Of a stretch of 64,000 nucleotides of DNA, positions 40,829-49,228 are shown piece by piece. The number at the start of each line of letters is the position of its first letter. Position 1 is the stretch's first letter. A model generated the notes under the pieces. That model was not told the origin of the DNA, did not search any database, and worked only from the letters and a program-made list of their open reading frames with translations. The stretch is from an uncultured virus (IMG/VR IMGVR_UViG_3300025727_000005) (Duplodnaviria; Heunggongvirae; Uroviricota; Caudoviricetes), in the IMG/VR virus record IMGVR_UViG_3300025727_000005. The stretch is one strand, 5' to 3'. Position numbers and translations under genes: made by a program.

Positions 40829-42841
40829 ATGTTATTTGAAACAACATTCAACGCTGAGAGTTTCTACAAGAAGTTTACACCAATCTTAAAAGAGATCTCT
40901 GTACCAGAAAACTTAGTGCCGTTTGCAGAGTGCTTATCCGAGTATCACGAACTAGACTTAGATATTTCCGTTGAGCCTAAAGTATTTGTAGATCCACAAG
41001 ATGGTGGCGACCAAAAAAAAGCCATCGTTCTTTTATCTGGAGGGATTGATAGTGCTTGGTGTCTCTTATGGGCTTTAGAACAAGGTCTGAATCCACAACC
41101 TTTATTTGTGGATGGGCTGAACGCTTCTCAAAACTCTCGTGAGCGTAAAGCTGTCCAAGTCTTATGTGATAAGCTAGACCTGCCCCTCATCACATATAAA
41201 CACCCAACCCATCTCAAAAAGCTACATAAAGATCCGTCTAATATATTCAAGATACCAGAGAGCTTTGTGAAACTACAGTATGCTCTGATGGCAATCAAAG
41301 ATGACATACGAAAAGAGGGCATAGCAGGGGTCATTGTCACCTGCCCTACTAACCAACCCGAATACATTGACCCTACTGCACCTAAGAAAGAAAATGGGGA
41401 ACCGCTGACATGGTTTCAAGACTCAGAAGAGTCTATGGAAACTTTCTTACCGTTCCTCTCCGATTATATTGGGTGGGGTTTTAAAGGATACTACCCTGTC
41501 ACCATGAAAGAGCAGAAGATAAAAGCTCTAATGGACAAAGGGATCTTTGAAGATACCTGCTCGTGCGTATGCAATCCTATGTTCTTTTCGGGTCATCGTA
41601 AGAGATCAAAACCCAAGTATTCCAATATGTGCGGCGTGTGTTGGAAGTGCAAAGAAAACCTAGCTTTCATCAGTAAACTTAACCGAGATGATGAAGTCGT
41701 TGAAGATGAGATGCCAGAAGAGCCTCAAATGAAACCTTGGCAAAAAGGATATGAGTTAGATTATCTTAAAAGCGTAGAGGGTCAGTTCAACGCTTTTAAT
41801 GACCTGTGTATTTCCCCATTCCTACAGATGAAAAAAAATAAAGTCGCAGACCACTTACACGATGGCACTTTAATCCTTAAAGACGGATTTAGGTGCATCC
41901 TTAAAAAGTCTAAAACTAGAACGAGTATAAAAGTGTACTCGAATAGGGATCACACCCTCGCTTATAAAGATGTAGGCGAGTTCGCTATGGGTAAGTTAGT
42001 CATTGATGATGTGAGTGAGTTTAAAGAATACTGCGATAAGATTGATCAGAACATTTGGGTCATCAGCTTTGACTCGATTGAGAAAGATCTTCTCTCATGC
42101 GGGTTTGTTAAGCTAGGATATAAATACACCTCCTTTGGTGATGATCTCACTGTGTTCCTTTTGCAAAAGCAAATCGACTTTTTCGGTACGAACACAAATA
42201 GACTAATCTTTAATGACCCTTTAGAAAGAGCTACCTGTGTGAAACTCGACTCCAACTTTGAGGTTGAGTCCATCGCAGATAAGTTAGCCGCTTACGAATT
42301 TAAGAAGCACTACTCCAACTACAATAGTGGTGGGTGGTCAGCTATCAGTCTAAGAGGGTTTAGCGATGACCCCTCCTTCATTATCAAACCAGAAGAGATG
42401 AATGATAAATGGACGGAGCAAAACTCAGAGACAGATTTCTATCTGAGAGACACCGAAGCGTATGAATATTTTAGCGAGGTAAGGGAGATCATAAACACAG
42501 TCGCCCCAAACCAAAAGATCGAGAGGGTGAGAATAATGAAGCTCTCTGAAGGATCTGAGATTAAAAAGCATACTGATCTAGTAGATCCAGATTGTGGTGT
42601 CGGGGTAGGAGAAACAGCAAGGTTTCATGTGCCGATTAAAACAAAAGATGCTGTCTTTGAGGTATGGGGACAAAATGGTAAAGAGTCATTCTCTTTAGAG
42701 AAGGGTTCTCTATGGTATCTCGACACAAGAAAACCACACCGAGTCATTAACCCAACCAGCGATAGATACCATCTTGTTTTTGATGTCTTTGTTGATCAAG
42801 AAATAAGAGAACTTATCAAGAGATGCTTAAATGTTCTTTGA
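40829..42841 (+). CDS. QueC-like PP-loop ATPase fused to Asp/Asn-hydroxylase-like 2OG-Fe(II) oxygenase
   Basis: start MLFETTF; LLSGGIDSA; TCSC...CGVCWKC; C-terminal GWSAISL, RVRIMKL, IKKHTD, RFHVPI, LDTRKPHRVIN. Confidence 0.75.
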   Translation: MLFETTFNAESFYKKFTPILKEISVPENLVPFAECLSEYHELDLDISVEPKVFVDPQDGGDQKKAIVLLSGGIDSAWCLLWALEQGLNPQPLFVDGLNASQNSRERKAVQVLCDKLDLPLITYKHPTHLKKLHKDPSNIFKIPESFVKLQYALMAIKDDIRKEGIAGVIVTCPTNQPEYIDPTAPKKENGEPLTWFQDSEESMETFLPFLSDYIGWGFKGYYPVTMKEQKIKALMDKGIFEDTCSCVCNPMFFSGHRKRSKPKYSNMCGVCWKCKENLAFISKLNRDDEVVEDEMPEEPQMKPWQKGYELDYLKSVEGQFNAFNDLCISPFLQMKKNKVADHLHDGTLILKDGFRCILKKSKTRTSIKVYSNRDHTLAYKDVGEFAMGKLVIDDVSEFKEYCDKIDQNIWVISFDSIEKDLLSCGFVKLGYKYTSFGDDLTVFLLQKQIDFFGTNTNRLIFNDPLERATCVKLDSNFEVESIADKLAAYEFKKHYSNYNSGGWSAISLRGFSDDPSFIIKPEEMNDKWTEQNSETDFYLRDTEAYEYFSEVREIINTVAPNQKIERVRIMKLSEGSEIKKHTDLVDPDCGVGVGETARFHVPIKTKDAVFEVWGQNGKESFSLEKGSLWYLDTRKPHRVINPTSDRYHLVFDVFVDQEIRELIKRCLNVL

Positions 42842-44006
42842 ATATAAGACTGAACTTAACTCACTAGACGACATTGAATATATTAAAGATGGCTATCTTC
42901 ACATACGCCCTAACGAATGGAGTATGCTTCGTGAGAAATATACTAAGGAAGATATCAAAGACCATATCGCACCCATCGTTGAGTCTTTACCTTATCCTTA
43001 CTCTGAGTACACAACGGAGTCTGCAAAGAAGGACTTCATAAGCCTCAAAGCGAAAAAAGAGCCATTCGTATTTGATGAATGGGTAGCACCACGCCAAGCT
43101 ACTCCCCTAGAGACTACTTATCTAGGTAAGCACATTTACCTCAACAGCTATTACAAAGGTAAAGAGGTGTCTAACCTGTTCACTCAAGAACAGAGGATGA
43201 AATGTAGCTATCGCACACAAGGTAACTCACCTTATGACGAATGGGTCAACGCTAGTAAGAATAACTCGTTCCTACGATGCTTCTTCGGTATCTGTGAAAA
43301 TGACATTTATGAGAGGGGTGGGGTCAATAAACAAACCCTTAGAAGAGCATTGAAGATGCACACATATATGGCTAGTCAGTTCAAAGCTGAGTCTGCTAAA
43401 GCTCTCTATGATCTGTTCCAATCTAAAAGCGTCTTAGATTTCTCAGCAGGTTGGGGTGATAGGTTAGTAGGCTTCCTAGCTTCAAATGCCGACTCCTATA
43501 TTGGGATTGATCCTAATACTAAGCTCCATGAACCATATCAGCAAATCGTCAACCTCTGTGATACAGGTAAAGAGGTTAGGTTTATTTGCTCACCTGCTGA
43601 AAATGCTGACCTCTCTGATGTCAAAGTAGACTTTATCTTTACGAGCCCACCATACTTTGACATCGAAAGGTACAGTACAGAGTCCACACAATCATGGAAG
43701 CGATACCCAGACCTTAAGGATTGGGTCAATGATTTCTTACTCGCTACCCTCACCAAGTGCTGGTCTGCACTTAAAGATGGTGGCCGGATAGCCATCAACA
43801 TTGCGGATAAAAAAGGAGAGGACATCTGCACTCCTATGCTTGAACACATGAAGAATTTAGGGGCTACATATGAAGGGGTGATAGGATATCGAATGTCTGA
43901 GCGTGGTGGTCAGAAAACAGATTGCCCTACTTGTGAGCCGATCTTTATTTGGAGTAAGGGTTTAACACCCGAACCTAAATGGAATTATAATGAGTATTTT
44001 TTTTGA
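42831..44006 (+). CDS. DNA amino-methyltransferase, paralogue 4
   Basis: VLDFSAGWGDRL, FTSPPYF. Confidence 0.88.
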   Translation: MFFEYKTELNSLDDIEYIKDGYLHIRPNEWSMLREKYTKEDIKDHIAPIVESLPYPYSEYTTESAKKDFISLKAKKEPFVFDEWVAPRQATPLETTYLGKHIYLNSYYKGKEVSNLFTQEQRMKCSYRTQGNSPYDEWVNASKNNSFLRCFFGICENDIYERGGVNKQTLRRALKMHTYMASQFKAESAKALYDLFQSKSVLDFSAGWGDRLVGFLASNADSYIGIDPNTKLHEPYQQIVNLCDTGKEVRFICSPAENADLSDVKVDFIFTSPPYFDIERYSTESTQSWKRYPDLKDWVNDFLLATLTKCWSALKDGGRIAINIADKKGEDICTPMLEHMKNLGATYEGVIGYRMSERGGQKTDCPTCEPIFIWSKGLTPEPKWNYNEYFF

Positions 44007-44015
44007 AGAGGTGTT

Positions 44016-45143
44016 ATGCAGTTATTTAACTACAAAAAAATAGGAGGTCAGACCCTTAAATCAAAAGTGGTCTTAGATCCTGTCGTTGAAAAAGTAGCAA
44101 GTGAGTCCGACTATAAGTTCAATGGTGAAACTTCATTTGTTGTACCTGAGTTTGATGTTCCTCCCGACTTCACATTAGGAGTGATATATGGGCCGAGTGG
44201 TTCGGGTAAGTCTACCCTCTTAAAAGAATTCGGAGAAGAAGCTGTTGGAGCATGGGATCAATCTTTAGCTATAGCTTCTCAAGTAGACCCAAACCTACTC
44301 TTGAGACTCGGATTATCGTCTATCCCCTCTCTTTGCAGACCATATCATGTCTTAAGCACAGGTGAGAAACATAGAGCTGATATAGCTAAAAACCTAACAA
44401 ATGGATGTGTCATAGATGAGTTCACTTCTGTGTGTAATCGAGACTTCGCTCAATCAATCTCTGTGGGACTGAGGAAAGTCATAGATCATTACGGATATAA
44501 AAATGTGGTCATCGCTACCTGCCACGAAGATGTCATAAATTGGTTAGAACCAGATTGGGTTGCTAACACATTAACGAGGCGGCTCGTAGAAGGGAGGTCG
44601 GAAAGGCGATCTTCAACTTTTAGAGTTCTACCTTGCTCAGTCGAAGTCTGGTCAATCTTCAGCGACCATCATTATCTGAGTGGAGATCTCAACAAGGGTG
44701 CTCATTGTTGGCTACTCATCAACGAAAATAATACAATCTGTGGCTTCATGTCTGCGATTGCATTACCAGGAGGGAATGTACGCAATGCTTGGAGAACACA
44801 TCGAACAGTAATCTTACCCGACTTTCAAGGTATGGGATTAGGGTCAAGACTGTCTAATGCTATAGCTAAGATGTACTACGATAAAGGATGTCGATTCTTC
44901 GGTAAAACTGCACACCCAAAGCTCGGTGAACATCGAAACAACTCTGAACTATGGAAACCCACAAGGAATAATAGAGTCAGCAACAAGAGTATGTCCTATG
45001 AAAAAATGAAGGACTCCAAATACTCTAAAAAGTTTCTGCAAAAGCACAACAATAGAGTATGTTATGCACATGAATATATTGGCGATGGAACTATGAACTT
45101 GAAAGGTCAAGAGCCAAAAAAAGAGCATACTCCATTCTTTTGA
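44016..45143 (+). CDS. ABC-type ATPase fused to GNAT acetyltransferase
   Basis: GPSGSGKST, LSTGE, IDEFTS, ATCH; then FSDHHYL and HRTVILPDFQGMGLG (acetyl-CoA motif A). Confidence 0.85.
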   Translation: MQLFNYKKIGGQTLKSKVVLDPVVEKVASESDYKFNGETSFVVPEFDVPPDFTLGVIYGPSGSGKSTLLKEFGEEAVGAWDQSLAIASQVDPNLLLRLGLSSIPSLCRPYHVLSTGEKHRADIAKNLTNGCVIDEFTSVCNRDFAQSISVGLRKVIDHYGYKNVVIATCHEDVINWLEPDWVANTLTRRLVEGRSERRSSTFRVLPCSVEVWSIFSDHHYLSGDLNKGAHCWLLINENNTICGFMSAIALPGGNVRNAWRTHRTVILPDFQGMGLGSRLSNAIAKMYYDKGCRFFGKTAHPKLGEHRNNSELWKPTRNNRVSNKSMSYEKMKDSKYSKKFLQKHNNRVCYAHEYIGDGTMNLKGQEPKKEHTPFF

Positions 45144-45158
45144 TTTCTTATAACCATA

Positions 45159-45521
45159 GTGAGGAGTGAGACTATGAGTTTAGAAGAACTACTAAAAAGA
45201 AATCGGGTGCAACTGCAAAAGAAGCAGGGCGACTATCTGTACTTCATCCAGTCAAGCAAAACAGGGATGATAAAGATAGGTCGATCTAAACACCCTAAGA
45301 AGAGACTCAAACAACTTCAAACAGGGAACTCAAATACGCTCCGTATTATCGCCTCATTTGAAGGTTTAGGGTGGAGGGAACCCCACCTACACGAAGACCT
45401 CAAAAAGTGGCGTATACGCCAAAATGGAGAGTGGTTTCACCATGATTGTGTCGGGTCGATCCCTACTGATCTATATGAGATGATCGAATGGGGAGCGTTT
45501 GATGACTGGTGGAAACCTTAA
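45159..45521 (+). CDS. GIY-YIG (T5orf172/MUG113-like) domain protein
   Basis: YLYFIQ...IKIGRS..PKKRLKQLQTGN...LH...GEWF. Confidence 0.8.
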   Translation: MRSETMSLEELLKRNRVQLQKKQGDYLYFIQSSKTGMIKIGRSKHPKKRLKQLQTGNSNTLRIIASFEGLGWREPHLHEDLKKWRIRQNGEWFHHDCVGSIPTDLYEMIEWGAFDDWWKP

Positions 45522-45538
45522 CGAGTAAAAAGAAACTA

Positions 45539-45685
45539 TTAACAATGATCCTCTTCTATTAAAGGTTGCGAATCTATCTTTCTCAACATCTCCTTTGGGT
45601 CAAGCTCATCAACAGAAGAATTATTCTGCGAGATTGACCCACAAGAGAAAAGAAAAAAGAGGAATAAAGAAAAAAGAAGTCTCAT
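45539..45685 (-). CDS. 48-aa putative lipoprotein (not in ORF track)
   Basis: MRLLFSLFLFFLFSCGSISQ...; promoter motif 42 nt upstream. Confidence 0.55.
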   Translation of the reverse strand: MRLLFSLFLFFLFSCGSISQNNSSVDELDPKEMLRKIDSQPLIEEDHC

Positions 45686-45726
45686 GTGTTGTACCCTAAC
45701 TTATTATCAATATCTCTAAAAAAGGG

Positions 45727-45741
45727 TATAAAGAAACTACA
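45727..45741 (-). promoter_or_regulatory. putative late promoter (TGTAGTTTCTTTATA)
   Basis: identical to 46235-46249. Confidence 0.6.
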
Positions 45742-45775
45742 AATCCTCGTCATATTCCTGTTGAGCGAGGATTAA
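45742..45775 (-). repeat. 34-bp third copy of actin-like gene 3' end; hairpin (possible terminator)
   Basis: aatcctcgtcatattcctgttgagcgaggattaa identical to 46254-46287 and 46864-46897; aatcctcg/cgaggatt inverted repeat. Confidence 0.85.
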
Positions 45776-46188
45776 GCCTCTTTTACTTCAATCTCTTTAT
45801 GGTCATAGATAACTTGGAAAGTCATCTTATGAACATAATTTTCAACCCCAAAAAGTTGAAGTTTTCTGGGTCTATCCATCGTACACTTAACCTCAACTAT
45901 TAGATCCCCAGCAAGATTAATAGATCGATACCCAAGAACTTTAATGTCTAAGTCGTCTGGTGTGTCTTCGGGAATATCAAAATCAAAAAAACCCTCGATG
46001 CCCAAGAAAAAGTCATATAAAGCGTCTTCTACCCAGTTTGATCTAACTCTTGACCCCGATAGTTTGCTTAAATCTTTTGCTATCGTGGTGGATAGGCTCT
46101 TGAGGGTTTCTTCCCGACTTGATTGTTTTTCAAGTCTAGCGATTCTTGACTCAAGGTTACGGATAATTTCACTAGCTGATCTTCTCAT
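45772..46188 (-). CDS. MRRSASE-leader protein 4
   Basis: MRRSASEIIRNLESRIARLEKQS. Confidence 0.85.
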   Translation of the reverse strand: MRRSASEIIRNLESRIARLEKQSSREETLKSLSTTIAKDLSKLSGSRVRSNWVEDALYDFFLGIEGFFDFDIPEDTPDDLDIKVLGYRSINLAGDLIVEVKCTMDRPRKLQLFGVENYVHKMTFQVIYDHKEIEVKEA

Positions 46189-46234
46189 GGTTTACTCCAG
46201 TGGTTTAAGGTTAATGAGATCACTTATGAGAAGA

Positions 46235-46249
46235 TATAAAGAAACTACA
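46235..46249 (-). promoter_or_regulatory. putative late promoter (TGTAGTTTCTTTATA)
   Basis: 47 nt upstream of leader ATG. Confidence 0.6.
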
Positions 46250-46251
46250 AA

Positions 46252-46387
46252 TCAATCCTCGTCATATTCCTGTTGAGCGAGGATTAACATACCCTTAGAG
46301 ACAGCGTGAAGCGGGTCAGAAGCATGACGAACCTCTGAGATCTCGATAGGGGAACGCTTTTTCTTAGTCTCAAAGACCTCCCTAAAG
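46252..46387 (-). pseudogene. 136-bp duplicate of the 3' end of the actin-like gene
   Basis: matches 46862-46997 with 6 substitutions (5 synonymous, 1 F>S). Confidence 0.9.
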
Positions 46388-46397
46388 TTATTATTTT

Positions 46398-46787
46398 TTA
46401 ACCAACAATGACAGTGTTAGGTCGATCAACCATGTTTGTTTGATACCTGTCCATTAACTCCGCATCAGTATCGAGGATGGCTTTGTTAATTTCTACTTCA
46501 ACGCAAAAATGCACTTTGCTTGACGAGATTGTCTTTACATTAGAGACAATACCCATTTGCCGAAGGTTTACCATATCAGACATGAAAGAGGAAACTGCTG
46601 ATTTTAGAGTAGATGGATAAAGGTGCGTGAAGCAATACTCATTAGCATGGGAGTTAAAATTCATTAAAATAACACATTCATCTCCGTCAATTATTCTGGT
46701 ATTGTATGCCGCAGTTTTACTTTTACCTTCAAGTCGTGCGATCCTAGACTCAAGATTTCTGATTACTTCACTAGCTGATCTTTTCAT
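46398..46787 (-). CDS. MRRSASE-leader protein 5
   Basis: start moved to MKRSASEVIRNLESRIARLEGKSKTA; GGAG RBS. Confidence 0.85.
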   Translation of the reverse strand: MKRSASEVIRNLESRIARLEGKSKTAAYNTRIIDGDECVILMNFNSHANEYCFTHLYPSTLKSAVSSFMSDMVNLRQMGIVSNVKTISSSKVHFCVEVEINKAILDTDAELMDRYQTNMVDRPNTVIVG

Positions 46788-46834
46788 TATAGTTCTCCAT
46801 TTTGTTAAGGTTAAAGAGATCACTTAAGACCAAT

Positions 46835-46850
46835 TATAAATAAACTATTA
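46835..46850 (-). promoter_or_regulatory. putative late promoter (TAATAGTTTATTTATA)
   Basis: consensus copy 48 nt upstream of leader ATG. Confidence 0.65.
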
Positions 46851-46861
46851 ACCTTGACAGC

Positions 46862-47863
46862 TCAATCCTCGTCATATTCCTGTTGAGCGAGGATTAACAT
46901 ACCCTTAGAGACAGCATGGAGAGGGTCTGACGCATGACGAACCTCTGAGATCTCGATAGGGAAACGCTTTTTCTTAGTCTCAAAGACCTCCCTAAAGAAG
47001 TCCATGAATCCACCTGCGAGACTTGTACCACCACCCACTACGATTGGAATGGGTTTGTTAAGGGTGAGGTGTCCACCTTTCATCACAAACTGCTGTGCGA
47101 TGTTATCTAAAGCGTGTTCAATAAGAGCCTTATAATAGAACGAGATCGCTTCTTCTTCTCTATTCTTAGGTGCTTTAAGGTCAATGCCCTTCTCTTTTAC
47201 CGCACACATTTTAGAAGCTGTTGCACCTACTGATCGAGCCGCTCCTTGATCAATCCAATCACCACCACGAGCAACGGAGAAGGATAACCCCTCAATGGTG
47301 CTGATAGCGAGAGCGATATTGGTCATACCAGAACCGAAACTAATCCCGACACCAGAAAAACCTTCCTTTGCAGTCTCTGCGAAGACGATAGCCATAGCTT
47401 CGTTGGCGGGGTGTGCAGTATATCCACATTCTTGAACGATGCGAGTGAATACACCCTTATGATAAACAACATCCATATTAGCGTCCACAGGAGCCGCAGG
47501 GATTGAGAAATAACAATGCTCTCCCTCATGGCTAGGGTCACCGAGAACATCTTTGACCATATGTCCGAGAACGGTAAGGGAGTCGATCTCATCAGCAGAG
47601 ATAAGACCTGCTTTAAGGGGTCTACGACCTTCTCTACCGAACATATTAGCTACTTCCATAGCTTCATCCCCAAGTACAAGTAGATTGTCGTCAGCTTCGA
47701 TGTATGACACCGAGCCGAGTTTGAGCATCTTTTTAGCCGAAGATGGGAGATCAATAAAGAGGTCACGCATCCTTCTTAGAGTTACTTCATTTTTCTTAGC
47801 ACCACTCATGCGAGCAGACACCAAGTTCATAGTTCCAATGTCAAGTCCTACACCTTTACTCAT
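46862..47863 (-). CDS. actin-like ATPase (MreB/MamK/FtsA superfamily)
   Basis: GLDIGTMN (phosphate 1), NEAMA (connect 1), GISFGSGMTN (phosphate 2), ARGGDWID, VVGGGTS (adenosine). Confidence 0.85.
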   Translation of the reverse strand: MSKGVGLDIGTMNLVSARMSGAKKNEVTLRRMRDLFIDLPSSAKKMLKLGSVSYIEADDNLLVLGDEAMEVANMFGREGRRPLKAGLISADEIDSLTVLGHMVKDVLGDPSHEGEHCYFSIPAAPVDANMDVVYHKGVFTRIVQECGYTAHPANEAMAIVFAETAKEGFSGVGISFGSGMTNIALAISTIEGLSFSVARGGDWIDQGAARSVGATASKMCAVKEKGIDLKAPKNREEEAISFYYKALIEHALDNIAQQFVMKGGHLTLNKPIPIVVGGGTSLAGGFMDFFREVFETKKKRFPIEISEVRHASDPLHAVSKGMLILAQQEYDED

Positions 47864-48528
47864 TGTTTATTTGCCTTTCTTAATGCTTTCAAAGCAGAGA
47901 GAGCATCCGAGAGTTCTTCAGAACCTTCGGATTTTGTTTCATTCGCCAGAGACTCTGAGGAGGCTATGGTCTTATTAGAGATAATGTTAGATGGGATAAA
48001 GGTCAATCCTTCATCGGCTGTTGTGTTCATATTACCCATAGGTTGATTGCTTTGAGCGTTATTGTTCACGACAACCTGTTGAGTGGGCATCTGTTTAGCG
48101 ACAGCTTCAGCGATAGCTTCGGGAGAGATCATTGTCCCTAACTGTTGGATAAGGATATTAGCAAGAGCGTTCATGTCTAATTGTGGTTGCTCTGTTTGTT
48201 TCTCTACAATCACTTCCTTTTCTACTATCACTTCCTTTTCGACTATCACTTCCTTTTCGACTATCTTCTCAACCACTACAGGTCTTACTTCTTTAACTAC
48301 CTTTGACTCATGAATGATTTTAAATCTGTTATTGCTGTTTACCCCTAGTCGAGAGGGAGATGGATTGCCTTTAACCTTGAGAGCGATCAATCCTGTGTTG
48401 ACTAAAGTCTTTAGTTCTTGGTTTGAGTCATATTGGGATTTAGTGCAATCAAAGGTCTGCCCTTGTTTGAACTTGAGTCGAAGACTCTTAATCTCTATAT
48501 CTTTAAGGCACTGTGCTACATAAATCAT
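47860..48528 (-). CDS. hypothetical protein with IVEKEV repeats
   Basis: ATGA coupled on both sides; 18-bp tandem repeat at ~48200-48275. Confidence 0.7.
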   Translation of the reverse strand: MIYVAQCLKDIEIKSLRLKFKQGQTFDCTKSQYDSNQELKTLVNTGLIALKVKGNPSPSRLGVNSNNRFKIIHESKVVKEVRPVVVEKIVEKEVIVEKEVIVEKEVIVEKQTEQPQLDMNALANILIQQLGTMISPEAIAEAVAKQMPTQQVVVNNNAQSNQPMGNMNTTADEGLTFIPSNIISNKTIASSESLANETKSEGSEELSDALSALKALRKANKQ

Positions 48529-49097
48529 TGTTCGCCCTTGCTCATACTTTTAGTAAGAAAGAAAGTAGCCTTTCGTATAGCTTTTATTCTACCCTTCTCA
48601 ATCCCTTGCTCGATGAAGTTAAACTTATAAACTGATGGGTGTATCCATTTGTTTTCTGTTCTAAGAGGAAGATTTCTGAAAACTACTTCACCTGTTTTTG
48701 TCTTAATAGGTACGACCTTCCTTTCCATGTTAGAGTTACGAGTCAACCACCTCATTTCATAAGGATCTTTGCGTTCAAGATACTTTTTGACCCATTGCCA
48801 CTCTGACTTGATCTTGATCGCCCCCCCTTTAGATATCTCATAATAAAAGGAGTCTAGGAAATCTTTGGTGCGAGGAATACCACTGCCGAGTCCTGATGCT
48901 CTTTTCGCTTCCTCTTTGATTGCCTTTATTATCTCATCCCCGAAGATCTCTATGACCTTTTTAGAGATGTCTTTGCCTCTTAGGTCAACATTCTGGAACT
49001 GATTTTTACGCACCTTATAAGTACGGAGATCCCAAGGTCTATTTGGATCTCTGTTCTTTGGTGGGTTTCTTCGTGCTCGTCTAGGGTCAAACTTCAT
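48525..49097 (-). CDS. basic hypothetical protein (possibly neck/tail completion)
   Basis: GGAGGTG RBS; promoter motif at 49127-49140. Confidence 0.6.
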   Translation of the reverse strand: MKFDPRRARRNPPKNRDPNRPWDLRTYKVRKNQFQNVDLRGKDISKKVIEIFGDEIIKAIKEEAKRASGLGSGIPRTKDFLDSFYYEISKGGAIKIKSEWQWVKKYLERKDPYEMRWLTRNSNMERKVVPIKTKTGEVVFRNLPLRTENKWIHPSVYKFNFIEQGIEKGRIKAIRKATFFLTKSMSKGEQ

Positions 49098-49126
49098 ATC
49101 TACACCTCCTCCTCCTGTAGTGTGGA

Positions 49127-49155
49127 TATAAACAACTTACAATAGTCTATTTATA
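49127..49155. promoter_or_regulatory. back-to-back divergent promoter motifs
   Basis: minus strand GTAAGTTGTTTATA (49127-49140); plus strand AATAGTCTATTTATA (49141-49155). Confidence 0.5.
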
Positions 49156-49228
49156 TTTGGTTTTTTGATAAAAACCCCTCCCTTATTAAAAGTAAGGACG
49201 GACAGATGTTCACTTTAAGGATCAAAGC

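Noticed and set aside
40829..41700. Canonical queuosine/7-deazaguanine pathway
   Set aside because: Only a QueC-like domain is present; no folE, queD, queE or dpdA in this window, so no gene symbol was assigned.
45159..45521. Mobile homing endonuclease responsible for cassette movement
   Set aside because: A short T5orf172-type GIY-YIG protein without an obvious DNA-binding extension; proximity to the array is the only link.
46252..46997. Diversity-generating retroelement TR/VR pair (repeat of a gene 3' end)
   Set aside because: Differences are not adenine-specific and are mostly synonymous; no reverse transcriptase in the window.
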